From the human T2T-CHM13v2.0 reference genome, Homo sapiens, in NCBI RefSeq assembly GCF_009914755.1, contig NC_060931.1: 64,000 bases of DNA. One strand, 5' to 3'. A program made the position numbers and the translations under genes. Below the pieces are notes generated by a model, which searched no databases, was not told the DNA's origin, and saw only the letters and a list, made by a program, of their open reading frames with translations. Shown here piece by piece: positions 1 to 14,489 of the stretch (within the stretch, counting starts at the first letter, position 1; each line of letters opens with the position of its first letter).

Positions 1-840
1 GGCAAAGGATATGAACAGACATTTCTCAAAAGAAGACATTTATGCAGCCAGCAGACACATGAAAAAATGCTCATTATCACTGGCCATCAGAGAAATGCAA
101 ATCAAAACCACAATGAGATCCCATCTCACACCAGTTAGAATGGTGATCATTAAAAAGTCAGGAAACAACAGGTGCTGGAAAGGATGTGGAGAAATAGGAA
201 CACTTTTACACTGTTGGTGGGACTGTAAACTAGTTCAACCATTGTGGAAGACAGTGTGGTGTTTCCTCAAGGATCTAGAACTAGAAATACCACTTGACCC
301 AGCCATCCCATTACTGGGTATATACCCAAAGGATTATAAATCATGCTGCTATAAAGACACATGTACATGTATGTTTATTGTGGCACTATCCACAATAGCA
401 AAGACTTGGAACCAGCCCAAATGTCCATCAATGATAGACTGGATTAAGAAAATGTGGCACATAAACACCATGGAATACTATGCAGCCATAAAAAATGATG
501 AGTTCATGTCCTTTGTAGGGACATGGATGAAGCTGGAAACCATCATTCTGAGCAAACTATCACAAGGACAGCAAACCAAACACCACATGTTCTCACTCAT
601 AGGTGGGAATTGAACAATGAGAACACTTGGACACAGGGTGGGGAACATCGCACACCACGACCTGTCGTGGGGTGGGGGTAGGGGGTAGGGATGGGGGTAG
701 CTAGGGATAGCATTAGGAGATATACCTAATGTAAATGACGAGTTAATGGGTGCAGCAAACCAACATGGCACATGTATACATATGTAACAAACCTGCACGT
801 TGTGCACATGTACCCTAGAACTTCAAGTATAATAAAAAAA
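1..840 (+). mobile_element. L1PA (approx. L1PA5-7) 3' end: ORF2 C-terminus, 3' UTR and A-tail; runs off window start
   Basis: ORF 11-613 is the LINE-1 ORF2p C-terminus ([27 protein letters not shown]...HMFSLIGGN); typical 3' UTR with G-rich tract; ends AAGTATAATAAAAAAA. Confidence 0.95.
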
Positions 841-1539
841 TTTTTTTAAAAGATATGGATAGATAGATAGGTAGAAACATATAAAGATCTCAGTACTTAG
901 TACCAGTCCTTACACAAAATAGAATGCCAATAAATACTTGTTGAGCTAATTAAAGACTGGAATTAAGAAAAAATGTATTTAGGCCACTCAGAGAAATTAG
1001 TCATCTCTTTTTCTAATACTAACCTAATTTTACATTTGCCTAGGGTTGGTCATTCTTGGGAATGTTGTCACACATTCTCTAGGACTTAGCACTGGGGTCC
1101 TGTTCAACTTCTTTAGAAGTCAACAGAGAAGCCCCAGAATTTTCAGCATACCAACACCCACAAACTCTGCCATCCACTGCCCACCCTACTCACTGAGCCT
1201 CAGAAAATTTATTTGGTACTCCATTTGTTTGCTTTTGTGACATTTGTCCTAGAAACTTAAAAAGTATCTTTGTTCATGTTTTTATTGAATTTCAAATTTC
1301 AAATGTTTGGAATGAGGAAAAATATCACTGAAAAACAAACTCTCTATGCTTTGTCCCTGAATGATCCAGTGATTAAATAGGATCAGTTGAATATGGCATT
1401 TTACTTGTCATTTCTAATAAAGAAGTTGTAAGCTTCATCTGAGTTTTCAAAATTAAGAAAATTTTGAAGTGAAAACATGTAATTGAACTTCTTTTTAAAA
1501 AATATTTCTGTTATGACATGCATATTTGAAAAGTTTTTC

Positions 1540-2075
1540 ACAAAACAGCCCCGGGGATCTCTTTAAATATCTGATTACTGCGCTCCACACTTAAAACTTT
1601 CAATGGTTTCCCACTGACCCTACAACAAGATCTGAACTTCTCACCCCAGCCTTTAAGGCCTTGCCTGTCCCATCCACATCTAATTCACCAGTCTTATCTC
1701 ATACCCTTTCTCCTCAATCCTCACACTCAGCTGCATGAGCTTCTTTCTGCTAGATTTCCCTCTGCTGGGACCTTCTCCCATGCTCTTCCCCAGCCTGCCA
1801 TACTCTTCTCTATAGGCACTGCCATCTTGACCACACCTGTAACCACCTTCACACCTTTACCTGGGTTTCAGCATAAAATTTACCTCCTCACATTAATGCT
1901 TTGGTTTCCACAGGTTAGCAGTTCCCACAGCATCTAACATTTTTCCTTCACAATTATTTCTATAATGTCTGTCGTCCACGCTGAGTTGGATATTCTCTGA
2001 TAACCTTGGCACTAGTGTATCTTTAGCTCAAGCACCATATGGTACATAACAATGAGTGACATGATATTGTTGAAT
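1540..2075 (+). mobile_element. L2 fragment
   Basis: Degenerate match to L2 3' region (CTTAAAACTTTCAATGGTTTCCCACTG...AAGGCCTTGC). Confidence 0.6.
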
Positions 2076-2870
2076 ATGAAATATTAGAAATTACCAGGGT
2101 TCAAATGTAATACATTCATTTTTAATCTAGATCTAAATGATGGACAAACGCTAAATGTTTTCTACTGCCCAAAATTCCATGCCTAGAGTGATACTGGACT
2201 GGAAACGGCTGAAGGCCTTCAGCTGTGAAGAAAACAAGCCAGAATAAAATTCTTCTTTTTCAAATATTTTATCCATTGTCCTCCTGCTGAGAACCATGGC
2301 TTTTTAGGTGGTTTTTTTTTTTAGGTTTATTATGAGTTTAGGCACCTTAAATATTTCAACATTTTAGGGACGAAAGAGAGAAGCAGGGAAGTAAGACACC
2401 TCAAAGAGAATGTTGAATCTGACTCACTTTTAACTGGAGACCTTTAGCTGAGGTCTGTTGGGGAACACTAGCCACTGGTCTCTGTCGGAGATAGCTTGAC
2501 TCATAGCTCCTACAGAGACGCATGAAGCTACCCATCAACATGCGAACTCCTAGGGTAGAAAGAGTCAGGAACTTTTGGTCTTTATATCCAAGTGCCTGCA
2601 CAGCAAGCACGCTGGAAATGTTTGGGGTACATTTTTACTATATTTACTGTATATCAGTTTTTTCAATATAAAAAGTATGTATATACATGTGTATATACTT
2701 TATGTAAGTAGTAAAGCATATATAGCATACACATATATTTATGTAAGTATGCGTACCTTATATAACTAGTAGCTTTGAAATATAATTCACATACAATTCA
2801 TTCATTTAATGTGTTCAATTCAAAGGTTATTAGCATATTAACAGAGTTGTGCAACCCTAACCACAATCAC

Positions 2871-3178
2871 TTTTTTTTTTTTTTTTTTTTTTTTTTGAGA
2901 CAGAGTCTCACTCTGTTGCCCAGGCTGGAGAGCAGTGGCACGATCTCTGCTCACTGCAGCCTCAACCTCCTGGGCTCAAGTGATCCTCATAACTCAGCCC
3001 CCTAAGTGGCTGGGACTACAGGTGTGTACCATCATACCCGGCTAATTTTTGTATTTTTTTGTAGAGACAGCGTTTTGCCATGTTGCCCAGGCTGGTCTCA
3101 AACTTCTGGGCTGAAGCCAACCACCTGTCTCAGCCTCCCAAAGTGCTAGGATTACAAAGACGAGCCTTCGCGCCCAGC
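2871..3178 (-). mobile_element. AluJ
   Basis: Poly-T plus antisense dimeric Alu with J-type CTCACTGCAGCCTCAACCTCCTGGGCTCAAG; flanking repeat ACAATCA. Confidence 0.95.
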
Positions 3179-3987
3179 CACAATCAATTTTAGAACATTT
3201 TCATCACCCTATAAAGAAATTCCGTACAGATTACTGGTCACTTTCCATTAACCTCCAATCCCCCAGTGCTAGCCAATTATTAATCGACTTTCTGTCTCTA
3301 TAGATTTGTCTTTTCTGGACATTTTGTATCAATGGAATAATATAATATGTGGGGTGGAGTTTTTTTGGCGACTGGCTTCTTTTTTTATCTTAATATTTCA
3401 AGATTTATCCATGTGGTAGCATCTCTCAGTACTTTTTTTTATAACAAAATAATGCTACATTATGTTTATCTATTCATCAGTTTACAGATGTTTAGATTGT
3501 CCCACTCGTTAGCTATTATGAATAATGTTGCTATGAACATTCATATACAACTTCTTGTGTGGATATATTCCTTAATGTCTTGGATATATACCTAGGAGTA
3601 GAACTGCTGAATGATACAGTGATTCTATGCTTAATCATTCCTAACAGCAGTGAATCAGGGTTCCAAATTTTCTGGATCCTCAGCACCACTTGTTACTTCC
3701 TATGTAATCATCCTAGACAATGTGAAGTGGTATATCATTGTGATTTTGGTTACTTTTTTTCCTGATGGCTAATGATATTGGGCATCCTTTGATGTGCCTA
3801 CTGAACATTTATATATCTTCTTTGGAGAAATGTCTATTAAGATTCATTGCTTTTTTTTAAGTAGGGTAATCTTTCTACTACTGACATGTATGTATTCTGG
3901 ATACAAGTTCCTTATCAGCTATATCATTTACAAGTATTTTCACTCATTCTTTTCCCTTTCTTGGTGGTATTCTTTGAAATGCAAAAG

Positions 3988-4283
3988 TTTTTGTTTTTGG
4001 TTTTGGTTTTTTTGAGACAGGGTCTCACTCTGTCATCCAGGCTGGAGTACAGTGGTACAAGCACGGCTCACTACAGCCCCAAACTCCCAGGCTTAAGTGA
4101 TCCTCCCACCACAGCCTCTCAAGTAGTTGGAACTATGGACACACATCACCATGCCTGGCTAATTTTTTATTTTTATTTTTGTAGAGATGAATTTTTGTCT
4201 CACTATGCTGCCCAAGTTGGTCTCAAACTCCTGGGCTCAAGTGATCCTTGCACTGGGATTACAGGTGTGACCCACCATGTCTG
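3988..4283 (-). mobile_element. AluJ
   Basis: Diverged antisense Alu; AAGTTTTT on both flanks. Confidence 0.9.
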
Positions 4284-5423
4284 ATTAAGTTTTTTAAATT
4301 TGAAGAAGTCCAGCTTATCTACTTTTTCTTTTGTCACTTGTGCTTTTAGCAGTATCATATCTAAGAAAACTTTGCCTGACCCAACGTCACAAAGTTTTAC
4401 CCCTAGATTTTATTCTAAGAGTTTTATAGTTTTACCTTTGAATTTACTTATTTGACCCATTTGAGTTAATTTTTGTGTATGGTGTAAGGAAGGGGTACAA
4501 TTTTATTATTTTATATGTGGATATTCAGTTTTTCCAGTATCCTTTGTTGAAAAGTTTGTTTTTCTCATTGAGTTGTCTTGGCATTTTGTTGAAAATGAAC
4601 TGTCCATAAATGTGAGATTTATTTCTGGTCTCTCAATTCTAGTCTATTGGTCTATGTCTTTCCTTATGCCAGTACCAAAGTGTCTTGATTACTGTAGCTT
4701 TATAGCATGTTTTGAAATCAGGAATTATGAGTCTTTCTATTTTATTCTCCTCTTTCAAGATTGTTTTGGCTATTTTGAGTCCCTTGCATTTGCGTGTGAA
4801 TTTTAGGATCAGCTTGTCAATTTCTGCAAGAAGTTTCTCCAGGATTTTAAGAGGAGTTATATTTAATCTGTAGATCAGTTAGGGAATATTTCTATCTTAA
4901 CAACATTAAGTCTTCTGGTCTGTGAACACGAAATGCCTTTCTATTTATTTAGACCTTCTTTAATTGCTTTCAACAATGTTTTATAGTTTTCAAGATGTAA
5001 GTTGTATACTTCTTTTATTAAGTTTATTTCTAAGTATTTTATTCTTTTTGATGCTGTTGTAAAGGGGATAAATGAATCTCCTAAGCAAATTAGCAAATAT
5101 TTATATTATATAATATAATTTGGATGACAGTAGGAATATGGAGCTCTTTCCTTGGGCATTAGAAATTATATTGTATTATTTAGGCAGTAGTGTACCTTGC
5201 CTTCTCCAAAGCATGTTCTTTGTTTTTTGTAAGCATATTTCTATTATTATTGTTATACATATAAAATGTCTAACTCAGTGCTTGAATGATTATTGCTTTC
5301 CAATAAATAATTTACTTTAATATTGTTATTATCATCATTAACATTAATTCAAAATCCTCAGATCCAAACAGCTCCAAAATCTTTTTTTTTTTTTTGATAA
5401 CACACATGCAGTGATCTGAAGTC

Positions 5424-5968
5424 TTTTAACTTTTATTTTAAGTTCAAGGACACATGTGCAGGTTTGTTACACAGGTAACTTGTGTCATGGGGGTTTGTTG
5501 TACAGATTATTTCATCACCCAGGTATTAAACCTAGTACCCATTAGTTATTTTTCCTGATCTTCTCCCTCCTCCTACCCTCCACCCTCCACTAGGCCCCAG
5601 TGTGTGTTGTTGCCCTCTATGTGTCCATGTGTTCTCATCATTTAGCTCCCACTTATAAGTGAGAACATGTGGTATTTGGTTTTCTGCTCCCGTGTTAGTT
5701 TGCTAAGCATAATGGCCTCTGCAAAGGACATGATCTCATTCTTTTTATGGCTTTATAGTATTCCATGGTGTATATGTACCATGTTTTGTTTATCCTTTCC
5801 ATCACTGATGGGCATTTATGTTGATTCCATGTCTTTGCTATTGTGAATAGTGCTGCAATGAATATATTCGTGCATGTGACTTTACAACAAACAATTTATA
5901 TTCCTTGGGGTATATACCCTGTAATGAGATTGCTGCATCGAATGGTATTTGTGTACTTAGGTCTTTTG
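5424..5968 (-). mobile_element. L1PA13-16-like 3' end, 5'-truncated
   Basis: TTTTATTTTAAGTTCAAGG...CATGTGCAGGTTTGTTAC...TTTAGCTCCCACTTATAAGTGAGAACATG; GTCTTTT at both ends. Confidence 0.85.
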
Positions 5969-6404
5969 GTAGCAAAATCTTATCTGAACTGACTGAGAAG
6001 TTATTCGTGTCTTTATTTACTGTATAAATAACCATATGTTTTGCTCTCTAAATATTAATGTATTTATAGTGAGAAAAGATATTTGGTTCAACTTCCTGAA
6101 CTAGGTTTGCCTATTTCTTGGTCTGAACTCCAAAGGATGTTCTGAATAGAAATACAGTCAGGTGTCAAGCTAGACACCACAGATATTTAAATGCTAAAAT
6201 AGGCAATAAGGAAGGAGATTATACATACAGACACACACAATTGTATATAAGGAATATATTACACACACATATACATATGTATATCACACAAAACACATAA
6301 GTATCTTCCATTATTCATGAAAATAATATTTATGGAGTGTCTACTATATACCAGGCACTATTCCCAACCCTGAGGGTATAGCAGTAAACAAAACAGAGAT
6401 GTTT

Positions 6405-6494
6405 GGCCAGGCACGGTGGCTCACGCCTATAATCCCAAAACTTTGGGATGCCAAGATAGGAGGATCTCTTGAGGCCAGGAGTTCAAGACAAAAA
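6405..6494 (+). mobile_element. 3'-truncated Alu left monomer (FLAM/AluJ-like) inside an antisense L2 end
   Basis: GGCCAGGCACGGTGGCTCACGCC...GGAGTTCAAGAC then short A run; TSD AGAGATGTT at 6395-6403 and 6495-6503. Confidence 0.85.
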
Positions 6495-7117
6495 AGAGAT
6501 GTTCCATTTTCATGGGACTGCTATGTTAGATTACTTTGTATTGGCCACAGCAACTAACACAATAAGAAGCACACAGGATATGCTTAAATCTCCTGATTAT
6601 CCTGGGAACACTATCTGCATCAGTCAGGGCTTGGTCAGAGGGGCACAGTTCCCTGAGAGTTATGGAAGAAGGGGCTTCTGTGTGAAATTGACCTCAGAGA
6701 GCTGCAGGAGAACCTGGAGAAAGATCTAGGGAAGGAGTCACTAGCCTATCAATCTGAGAAACCGAGATGTCCAGCCGCAGCAGAGGGGCTGAGGGGAGGG
6801 TGATGGGAGCCACTGCTTTCATGTTGCTGTTGCCTCTGAAGGTCTTCAGTCAGTCTCTGGGGTAGGCTGGGGCAGCTGTTGGCCAACAGTTGAGAAGAGA
6901 AGCTGGATAGGAAACACAGGAGAGCAGGACCCGCTGACACTGGCTGGGCATTTCTGCAACTGTCCATCACTGCTCTGACTGTGACAACCATCAGAGATTA
7001 ATGGCCACTCCACCTGCCATCCAATCTCATAGATGTTCTACAGGGACAAGATTTTCCCAGCGTAACAAGGTTGATACAGTACAAAACACCACACCTGCCA
7101 TCAAGACAATAATATGT

Positions 7118-7385
7118 TGTGTGGACAGACCCTAGGGTAGTCCTCATATTTCCTGCCTCCTGATGTCAGTGTCTTTGATTAATTCCCTCCACTTGAGAGC
7201 AGGTGGGACCTGTGGCTTTCTTCTAATCAATAGAATGCAACAAAGGTAATGGAAGTCATTCCTGTGATTATGTTGCATTATAGAAGACATTCTTAGCAGA
7301 TTGGGCAAGCAAGACTCTCCTGCTGGCTTAAAGAAGCAAACAACCATGTTGTGAACTGCTAGAAAGAAGGTCACAGACAACTCTG
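7118..7385 (+). mobile_element. MaLR LTR fragment (MLT1E/F-like)
   Basis: CCCTCCACTTGAG...GGGACCTGTGGCTTTCTTCTAATCAATAGAATG...AAAGGTAATGG matches MLT1F 5' half. Confidence 0.7.
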
Positions 7386-7490
7386 TGATCTGTGAAGGAG
7401 CAGCATACTGAGAAACACAAATCAATCACAGAAATCACACATTCTCACTTCCAGCTTCTAAATATACTATTTCTTTTTCCATCCTAGTAC

Positions 7491-7685
7491 AGAGTTTCAT
7501 TAACATTTTGGGCCAGATAATTTTTTGTAGGGGACTTTCTTGTGCATTGTAGGAGATGTAGCATCATCCCTGGTGTCTTCCCTCTAAATGCTCACCACCC
7601 TCCCTTCATTGTGACAACCAAAGATGTCTCCAGACATTGCTAAATGTACACTAAGAGGTAAAAATGCTCTGGTTGAAAACCACTA
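7491..7685 (-). mobile_element. MER20 (hAT-Charlie)
   Basis: TTGTGACAACCAAAGATGTCTCCAGACATTGC...GGTTGAAAACCACT is reverse MER20. Confidence 0.8.
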
Positions 7686-7709
7686 TTCTCATATATAAGA
7701 GCTACTGCA

Positions 7710-8012
<303 letters not shown>

Positions 8013-8118
8013 AAGAGCTATTGCAGCAATATGTTCTTTGTAGCCAAAGGGAAATCTTAAAAAAGAGAAAGATAAGCCTTGGGCACAGTTAATTTGCACA
8101 ATAGAAAATCTATTTTCT

Positions 8119-8415
8119 GGCCGGGCGTGGTGGCTCACACCTGTAATCCCAGCACTTTGGGAGGCCAAGGCGGGTGGATCATGAGGTCTGGAGTTCAAGA
8201 CCAGCCTGGCCAGGTTGGTGAAACCCCGTCTCTACTAAAAATACAAAGAAAATTAGCCAGGCGCAGTGGCGGGCGCCTATAGTCCCAGCTACTCGGGAGG
8301 CTGAGGCAGGAGAATTGCTCCGAGAGGCAGAGGTTCCAGTGAGCCAAGACTGCGCCATTGCACTCCAGCCTGGCAACAGAGCTAGACTCTGTCTCAAAAA
8401 AAAAAAAAAAAAAAA
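8119..8415 (+). mobile_element. AluS (Sc/Sg-like)
   Basis: Full dimer with A-tail; TSD AAAATCTATTTTCT at 8105-8118 and 8416-8429. Confidence 0.95.
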
Positions 8416-8989
8416 AAAATCTATTTTCTGAAATTACATCCCCAATTTCAGAGCTGGTGTTTGCAGCCCTAGGTCCAGTGGTTTTTTCACTTTGCTCACC
8501 AGTTGATAATGAACAAAGTGCTCAGGTGAACACAGTATAGGTACAAATTGTTTGAAAAAGAAAACTATATTTTTAACAATACATGTGGAAGCATTTGACT
8601 TAAACCATTGAATAACACAGTGTAGATGTAAGTCCTGTTCAAACAGCTCCCGTTCTGTAGGAGAATGCATGAAAAGACAGACCTTGGGAGCTTCTGTACA
8701 AACAACTAAGTATACAGAGGGTCTTTCTGAAATATTTGCTTGGGATTTCAGAATATTTTCTCATCATATTTCAGCATACGCTGCTGTGCTGTATAAAGTG
8801 TTGTGACCCAGGTGATATTTTGGGATACTAATGCTGATATGAAATCCTATAAGTAGCACCAATTAGGCACAGAATTATTTTGAAACAGATGCCCTATATA
8901 TAGTTCTGCTAGCAAAACCAGTCCTTTAGTAACAGAGCTCTTTTAAAATAAAGTCAGCCAAAGTAAGAACTAATGGGTGGATAAATTCA

Positions 8990-9645
8990 TTCTTGCAACC
9001 AGTCTTTATTAAGAAATGACTACACATCAGGCTCTCTTGTTGTTGTCAGAGACACACTAGGTAAAGGCAAAGATTTAATGGCTAGGGCTATGAACATGAC
9101 AGGCTCATTGTGTAATGGGAGAGACAGAAGAGTAAATGGGTAAATAGGTGAAGTAAGTACTATGATAGGCCACGCACAAGGCACTGTAGGAGCTGATAGA
9201 GAAAGCACCTAACTCAGCATGGAGACCAGTGGCACTTCCCATAAAAAAGTGAAAGATTTGTTTGTTATCAGTCAAATGAAGAAGCTGGAGATGTTGTGTG
9301 GCAAATGGAAAGACTGATAGAAACCTGATTCAGGTAAGACTGAAGAAGAGACCAGGTGTATCCAAGTGGAAGGAAATGAGGCTGGGTGGGCAGGAGGGGC
9401 CAAGAGATAATGATGATGCCTTTTATGACATTCTCAAAATGTTTAAGTGCATCCTGAAGGTGACGGGAACCACTTTGTATTTCACGCAGGGCTGTGACAT
9501 GACTGAATTTGCATTTCTGGAAGAGCTGACCTCTATATGGAGCATGGACTGTGCCCAGGCAAATCCTGAGGCAGGAAGGCTTTTAGGAGAGTGAGGCTCG
9601 AGTAGCGCAGAAGATACTCATCAAAGCAGGAATGGAGAGGAGAGG
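8990..9645 (-). mobile_element. L2 fragment
   Basis: Purine-rich degenerate antisense L2 (GTGACATGACTGAATTTGCATTTCTGGAAG...GAGGCAGGAAGGC). Confidence 0.55.
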
Positions 9646-11040
9646 ACCAAAAGTTTCAGCAAGCTCTCACCTCCTCAGTGCTGGTCTGTAGAAGCAACAA
9701 AGAGGAATGAGTTCCTTTTCAGAGACCTTTATTTTTTGGGAAAAGAACAGGGTGGGTCAGTGCTTCACTGGCAGGACTCTGCGCCCCATAAAAAGAACCA
9801 TTCAGATGTGGACAAGCCACTGACACAGACCTTCAGAGCCTGCCTCTCTTGAAAAGAGAAGAAAGGAAGAAAGAATTAGCCTACTTGGGTTCTGGATGGA
9901 GGAAATACAACTTCCTAAATGTCTTATATAATTACTTTTATTATAGAGAAAATACATTTACTCCCTCTATAAGAAAAGATGTTGTTTGGAACACATATTC
10001 ATTAAAAAGGAATTATCATATTGTACTTTACAAAGTCAATCTGTCTACCATTGTCAAATAATGCCCTTAGTATCTCTGAGGAAAATCACCAACGTAGATA
10101 TGCATGTAAACCACATGTCATTTTTCTCCCTTACGCCTAGTCTGTAGACATCACTCAGTGTAGCAAACAATAAGTGATCTATTTTATACATTTGTGCTGA
10201 AGAAAAACTGCTGGATTCAATTATATTTCAAGTGGCAGAGCAATAACCCATAAACACGGAAAGTAGCAAGATGTTCAAACTAGGTACTTAAACAGTTTTG
10301 GGGCATATATTTATTGTGGATGTCAAGGTGCTTTTCTGCTATAATAAGAATTTTTAGGTGTATCATGTTGCTGACTTGACACCAGTTTGTAATTTTAAGC
10401 AAAGACTTATTCTTCACCCATTCCAGGCCCAACAAATGGGCTAATCTTAAAATGATGGGAAGCAGAGACAGAATGTGATAAACTTACTTATATAAATATA
10501 GCCCTGAAAGACAAGGATTTACAGTTGATTTGTCCAGAAACCACTAGACCTATACTTATCATTGCCTACATCTTTCAAAATGGAGTGCACTCTAGATCAA
10601 GCCTGAACTGGCAGAACTGCTCCAATTGTTTCTATTTTCAAGTTATCTAGGCTGATCTAAAGTTTAAATACATTTTTAAGCTTAATTAAATGAAACACTT
10701 AAATTATACAAGCATTTAATACTTAGTTGGAAATTGAAAAACAGATACCATGCAATCCCTAGGTAAAAAGAAAAATCCAGCAACATCTGCTAGTTCCATT
10801 TCTCTATCACATGGGATGGATGTGTTTATAAAGACTCAAATCTTTAAATAACCAAATGCCTCTGAAATGATTTAAAAAAAACAAAAAACCTTTTTGCTCA
10901 GTAGTGCTGGTCGATGGAAAGGCCTGGAGATCCTTACAGAGCTGTTCTCCGGGGATGTTTTAGAAAGCATCAGGATGAGACAGCACTCACCACAGGTGTT
11001 CTGATCGTCACTTCTTGAAACTTAGAAACTCTGGAAAAGG

Positions 11041-11275
11041 CGGATCACGAGGTCAGGAGATCCAGACCATCCTGGCTAACATGGTGAAACCCCGTCTCTA
11101 CTAAAAATACAAAAATTAACTGGGCGTGGTGGCGCGCGCCTGTAGTCTCAGCTACTCCGGAGGCTGAGGCAGGAAAATGGCGTGAACCCGGGAGGCGGGG
11201 CCTGCGGTGAGCCAAGATCGCGCCACTGCACTCCAGCCTGGGCGACAGAGCGAGACTCCCTCTCAAAAAAAAGAA
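11041..11275 (+). mobile_element. AluY, 5'-truncated
   Basis: Starts at CGGATCACGAGG; Y diagnostics ATCCTGGCTAAC and ATGGCGTGAACCCGG; 17-bp TSD AGAAACTCTGGAAAAGG at 11024-11040 and 11276-11292. Confidence 0.95.
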
Positions 11276-11624
11276 AGAAACTCTGGAAAAGGTAGGAGAG
11301 AACCTAACTCCTGGTCAAGGCAGTACCAGAAATCAAAGAGTGCTTACAATTTTGGTATAAATTGTATAGTGATCCATTTATGGAGGTTTTTCTCCCTGAC
11401 ATTTAGCAGTGCTTTTTTATAGTGGTGAAAAGGGAAAGTGATTTAATAAGTTATGGGGCAATTACAGGACAGTGCCATACACGTACTCAATAAGTATTGC
11501 TTTAATGAATTAATAAACAATCAGCAAGAGCACCGCTTCTTACAAAATAAAGCATGAGAAACAGAATTTGAAAACTGTCAGAAGCTTTGGCATCTATCTT
11601 GGCATCTTGTGGCACCACACACAT

Positions 11625-11710
11625 CCAATTTTAGAGACGCATAAACCAAGACCCAGGGAGGTTAAATAATTTGCCCAAGATCCTTCAGTTAGTAGTGAGA
11701 ACTAGACATG
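11625..11710 (-). mobile_element. MIR core fragment
   Basis: CCCAGGGAGGTTAAATAATTTGCCCAAGATC. Confidence 0.6.
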
Positions 11711-12902
11711 CGACACAAAGGAGAGGAAATAATTCATTTATTTGCTCACTCCCTAGTGAATCAGCTGACTTATTTATATACACTAGGACCTCCCCTTAAA
11801 AGCCTGTACATTCTATGTATCCAATAAATGTGAGTGAAATTAATTATCTGGCATGTTATTTATTTACTCATTTATTCACTCATTCATTCATTCATTCAAA
11901 TCATCTGTATCTAAATACCTTGCCTTTGCCAGGTATCAATTATATCATCATTTGGATCTTTTTCTCCTTCCAAATAAAATATACTAAACCAAATACATAT
12001 GTTCATTTCTTGAGAAAGAATTAAAATTCCTATTTGAAATCATATCATTAGCCTGTCTAGTACTATACTCTGCCTCCAACACAATTCTCTAGCTGGGATC
12101 TTGTGGGAAAGTTGAATCTCCCCATCCCAAAGCCCACGTAGCCCATTATGCAATGCTTTGCATCACCACGGGGTCCTCAACTGACTGACTACCTCAAGCT
12201 GTCAGTTAATGCTCTGCTTCATGATATTTGACTACCCTTCTTAATGGTAGTTTACATAACGGCAAATGTTCCCTGGTAACTGCAAAAGAATTCAGCTATT
12301 TTAAAATAGCTCTGTCAACCCCATGAACAACTCGCTGAATTCCATGGTAAGCATATAATAGAATGCTTCTGTTTACCTTTATGTTATTTATAGCATGTGT
12401 CCTTTATTACTTTTTTAAAAAAATCTACCTTAACTTTTTAACCTGTTAGTTTTCAGCCCAGTCTAGTTTTGACCTTTCAAAAATCAGATTAGCCTATCTT
12501 AGCACATTATCATACATATTCTTGCTTAATTGAACAGTTTTTATTTCAAACATTACTAAATTTTTTTTGTCATTGTAGTATTCCATTCTACATCCTTGTG
12601 TGCTTACTATAAGCAAAAAGGTATTATATTTCATCCTGGGTCATATGCATTATATAGAATAGCTTGCTGTATCAAACATAATTTAACACATTCTGAAAAG
12701 AATTCTAGATTGGTCAAGATGACAATCCCTACACTTTTATTTTCAATTAACCAGGAGTTCTCAAACTTAAGTGTATATGAGGATCACCTGAAGGATTTGT
12801 TAAACCACAGATTGGCAGGTGGAAGCAATCCAGTATCCACTGATGGATGAATGGATAAACAAAATGTGGTGTATATAGACAATGGAATATTCATCAGCCT
12901 TA

Positions 12903-13301
<399 letters not shown>

Positions 13302-13495
13302 TTATATGATTCCACTTACATGAGGTACCTTGAGCAGTCAAATTCATGGAAACATACAATAGAATGGTGGCTGCCAGGCACTGGGGGATGTAGAGAATGG
13401 GAAATTGCTGTTTAATAGGTACAGAGTTTCAGTTTTGCAAGACAAGAAGAATTCTAGAGATTGGTTGTGCAGCAATGTGAATGTACCTAACACTA

Positions 13496-14000
<505 letters not shown>

Positions 14001-14141
14001 TGATTAAGATGGAAAATGTTATGTTCTGAGTATTTTACCACAATTACACCCACATACGCAGATTGCCAGAGTTATTGATATAGTAGGTCTGCGGTAGGGC
14101 CTGAGAATTTGCATTCTGGGCCCATAGTCTGAGAACCACTG

Positions 14142-14489
14142 TGATACGGTTTGGCTGATAAAATCTTGAATTGCAGCTCCCATAATTCTCATGTGTTGTG
14201 AGAGGGACCCGGTGGGAGATAATTGAATCATGGGGGCGATTTCCCCATACTGTTCTCATGGTAGTGAATAAGTCTCATGAGATCTCATGTTTTTATAAGG
14301 GGTTTCCCCTTTTGCTTGGCTCTCATTCTGTCTTGCCTGCTGCCGTGTAAGACATGCCTTTTGCCCTCCACCGTGATTGTGAGGCCTCCCCAGCCATGTG
14401 AAACTGTGAGTCCATTAAGCCTTTTTGTATTTATAAATTTTTCAGTCTCGGGTGTGTCTTTATTAGCAGTGCAAGAACAGACTAATACA
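14142..14489 (+). mobile_element. THE1 (THE1B/C) solo LTR
   Basis: TGATACGGTTTGGCTG...GTGAGGCCTCCCCAGCCATGTG...CAGACTAATACA; 5-bp TSD CACTG/CGCTG. Confidence 0.92.

Larger units (their letters stand above)
2770..5066 (-). mobile_element. L1MB-type 3' portion, interrupted by two AluJ
   Basis: Reverse L1MB 3' end (ATATAATTCACATAC...CAGAGTTGTGCAACC...TTTTAGAACATTTTCATCACCC) followed by degenerate antisense ORF2. Confidence 0.85.

Noticed and set aside
11-613. 200-aa ORF (also 45922-47259)
   Set aside because: LINE-1 ORF2p remnants, not host genes; the intronic copy has premature stops and lacks its 5' end.
6615-7100. Possible old LTR fragment
   Set aside because: The start resembles ERVL/MaLR LTR termini but I cannot assign a family or boundaries.
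12294-12311. Perfect 18-bp palindrome AGCTATTTTAAAATAGCT
   Set aside because: A palindrome this long is not unexpected in 64 kb of AT-rich DNA; it does not fit the strict MEF2 consensus.
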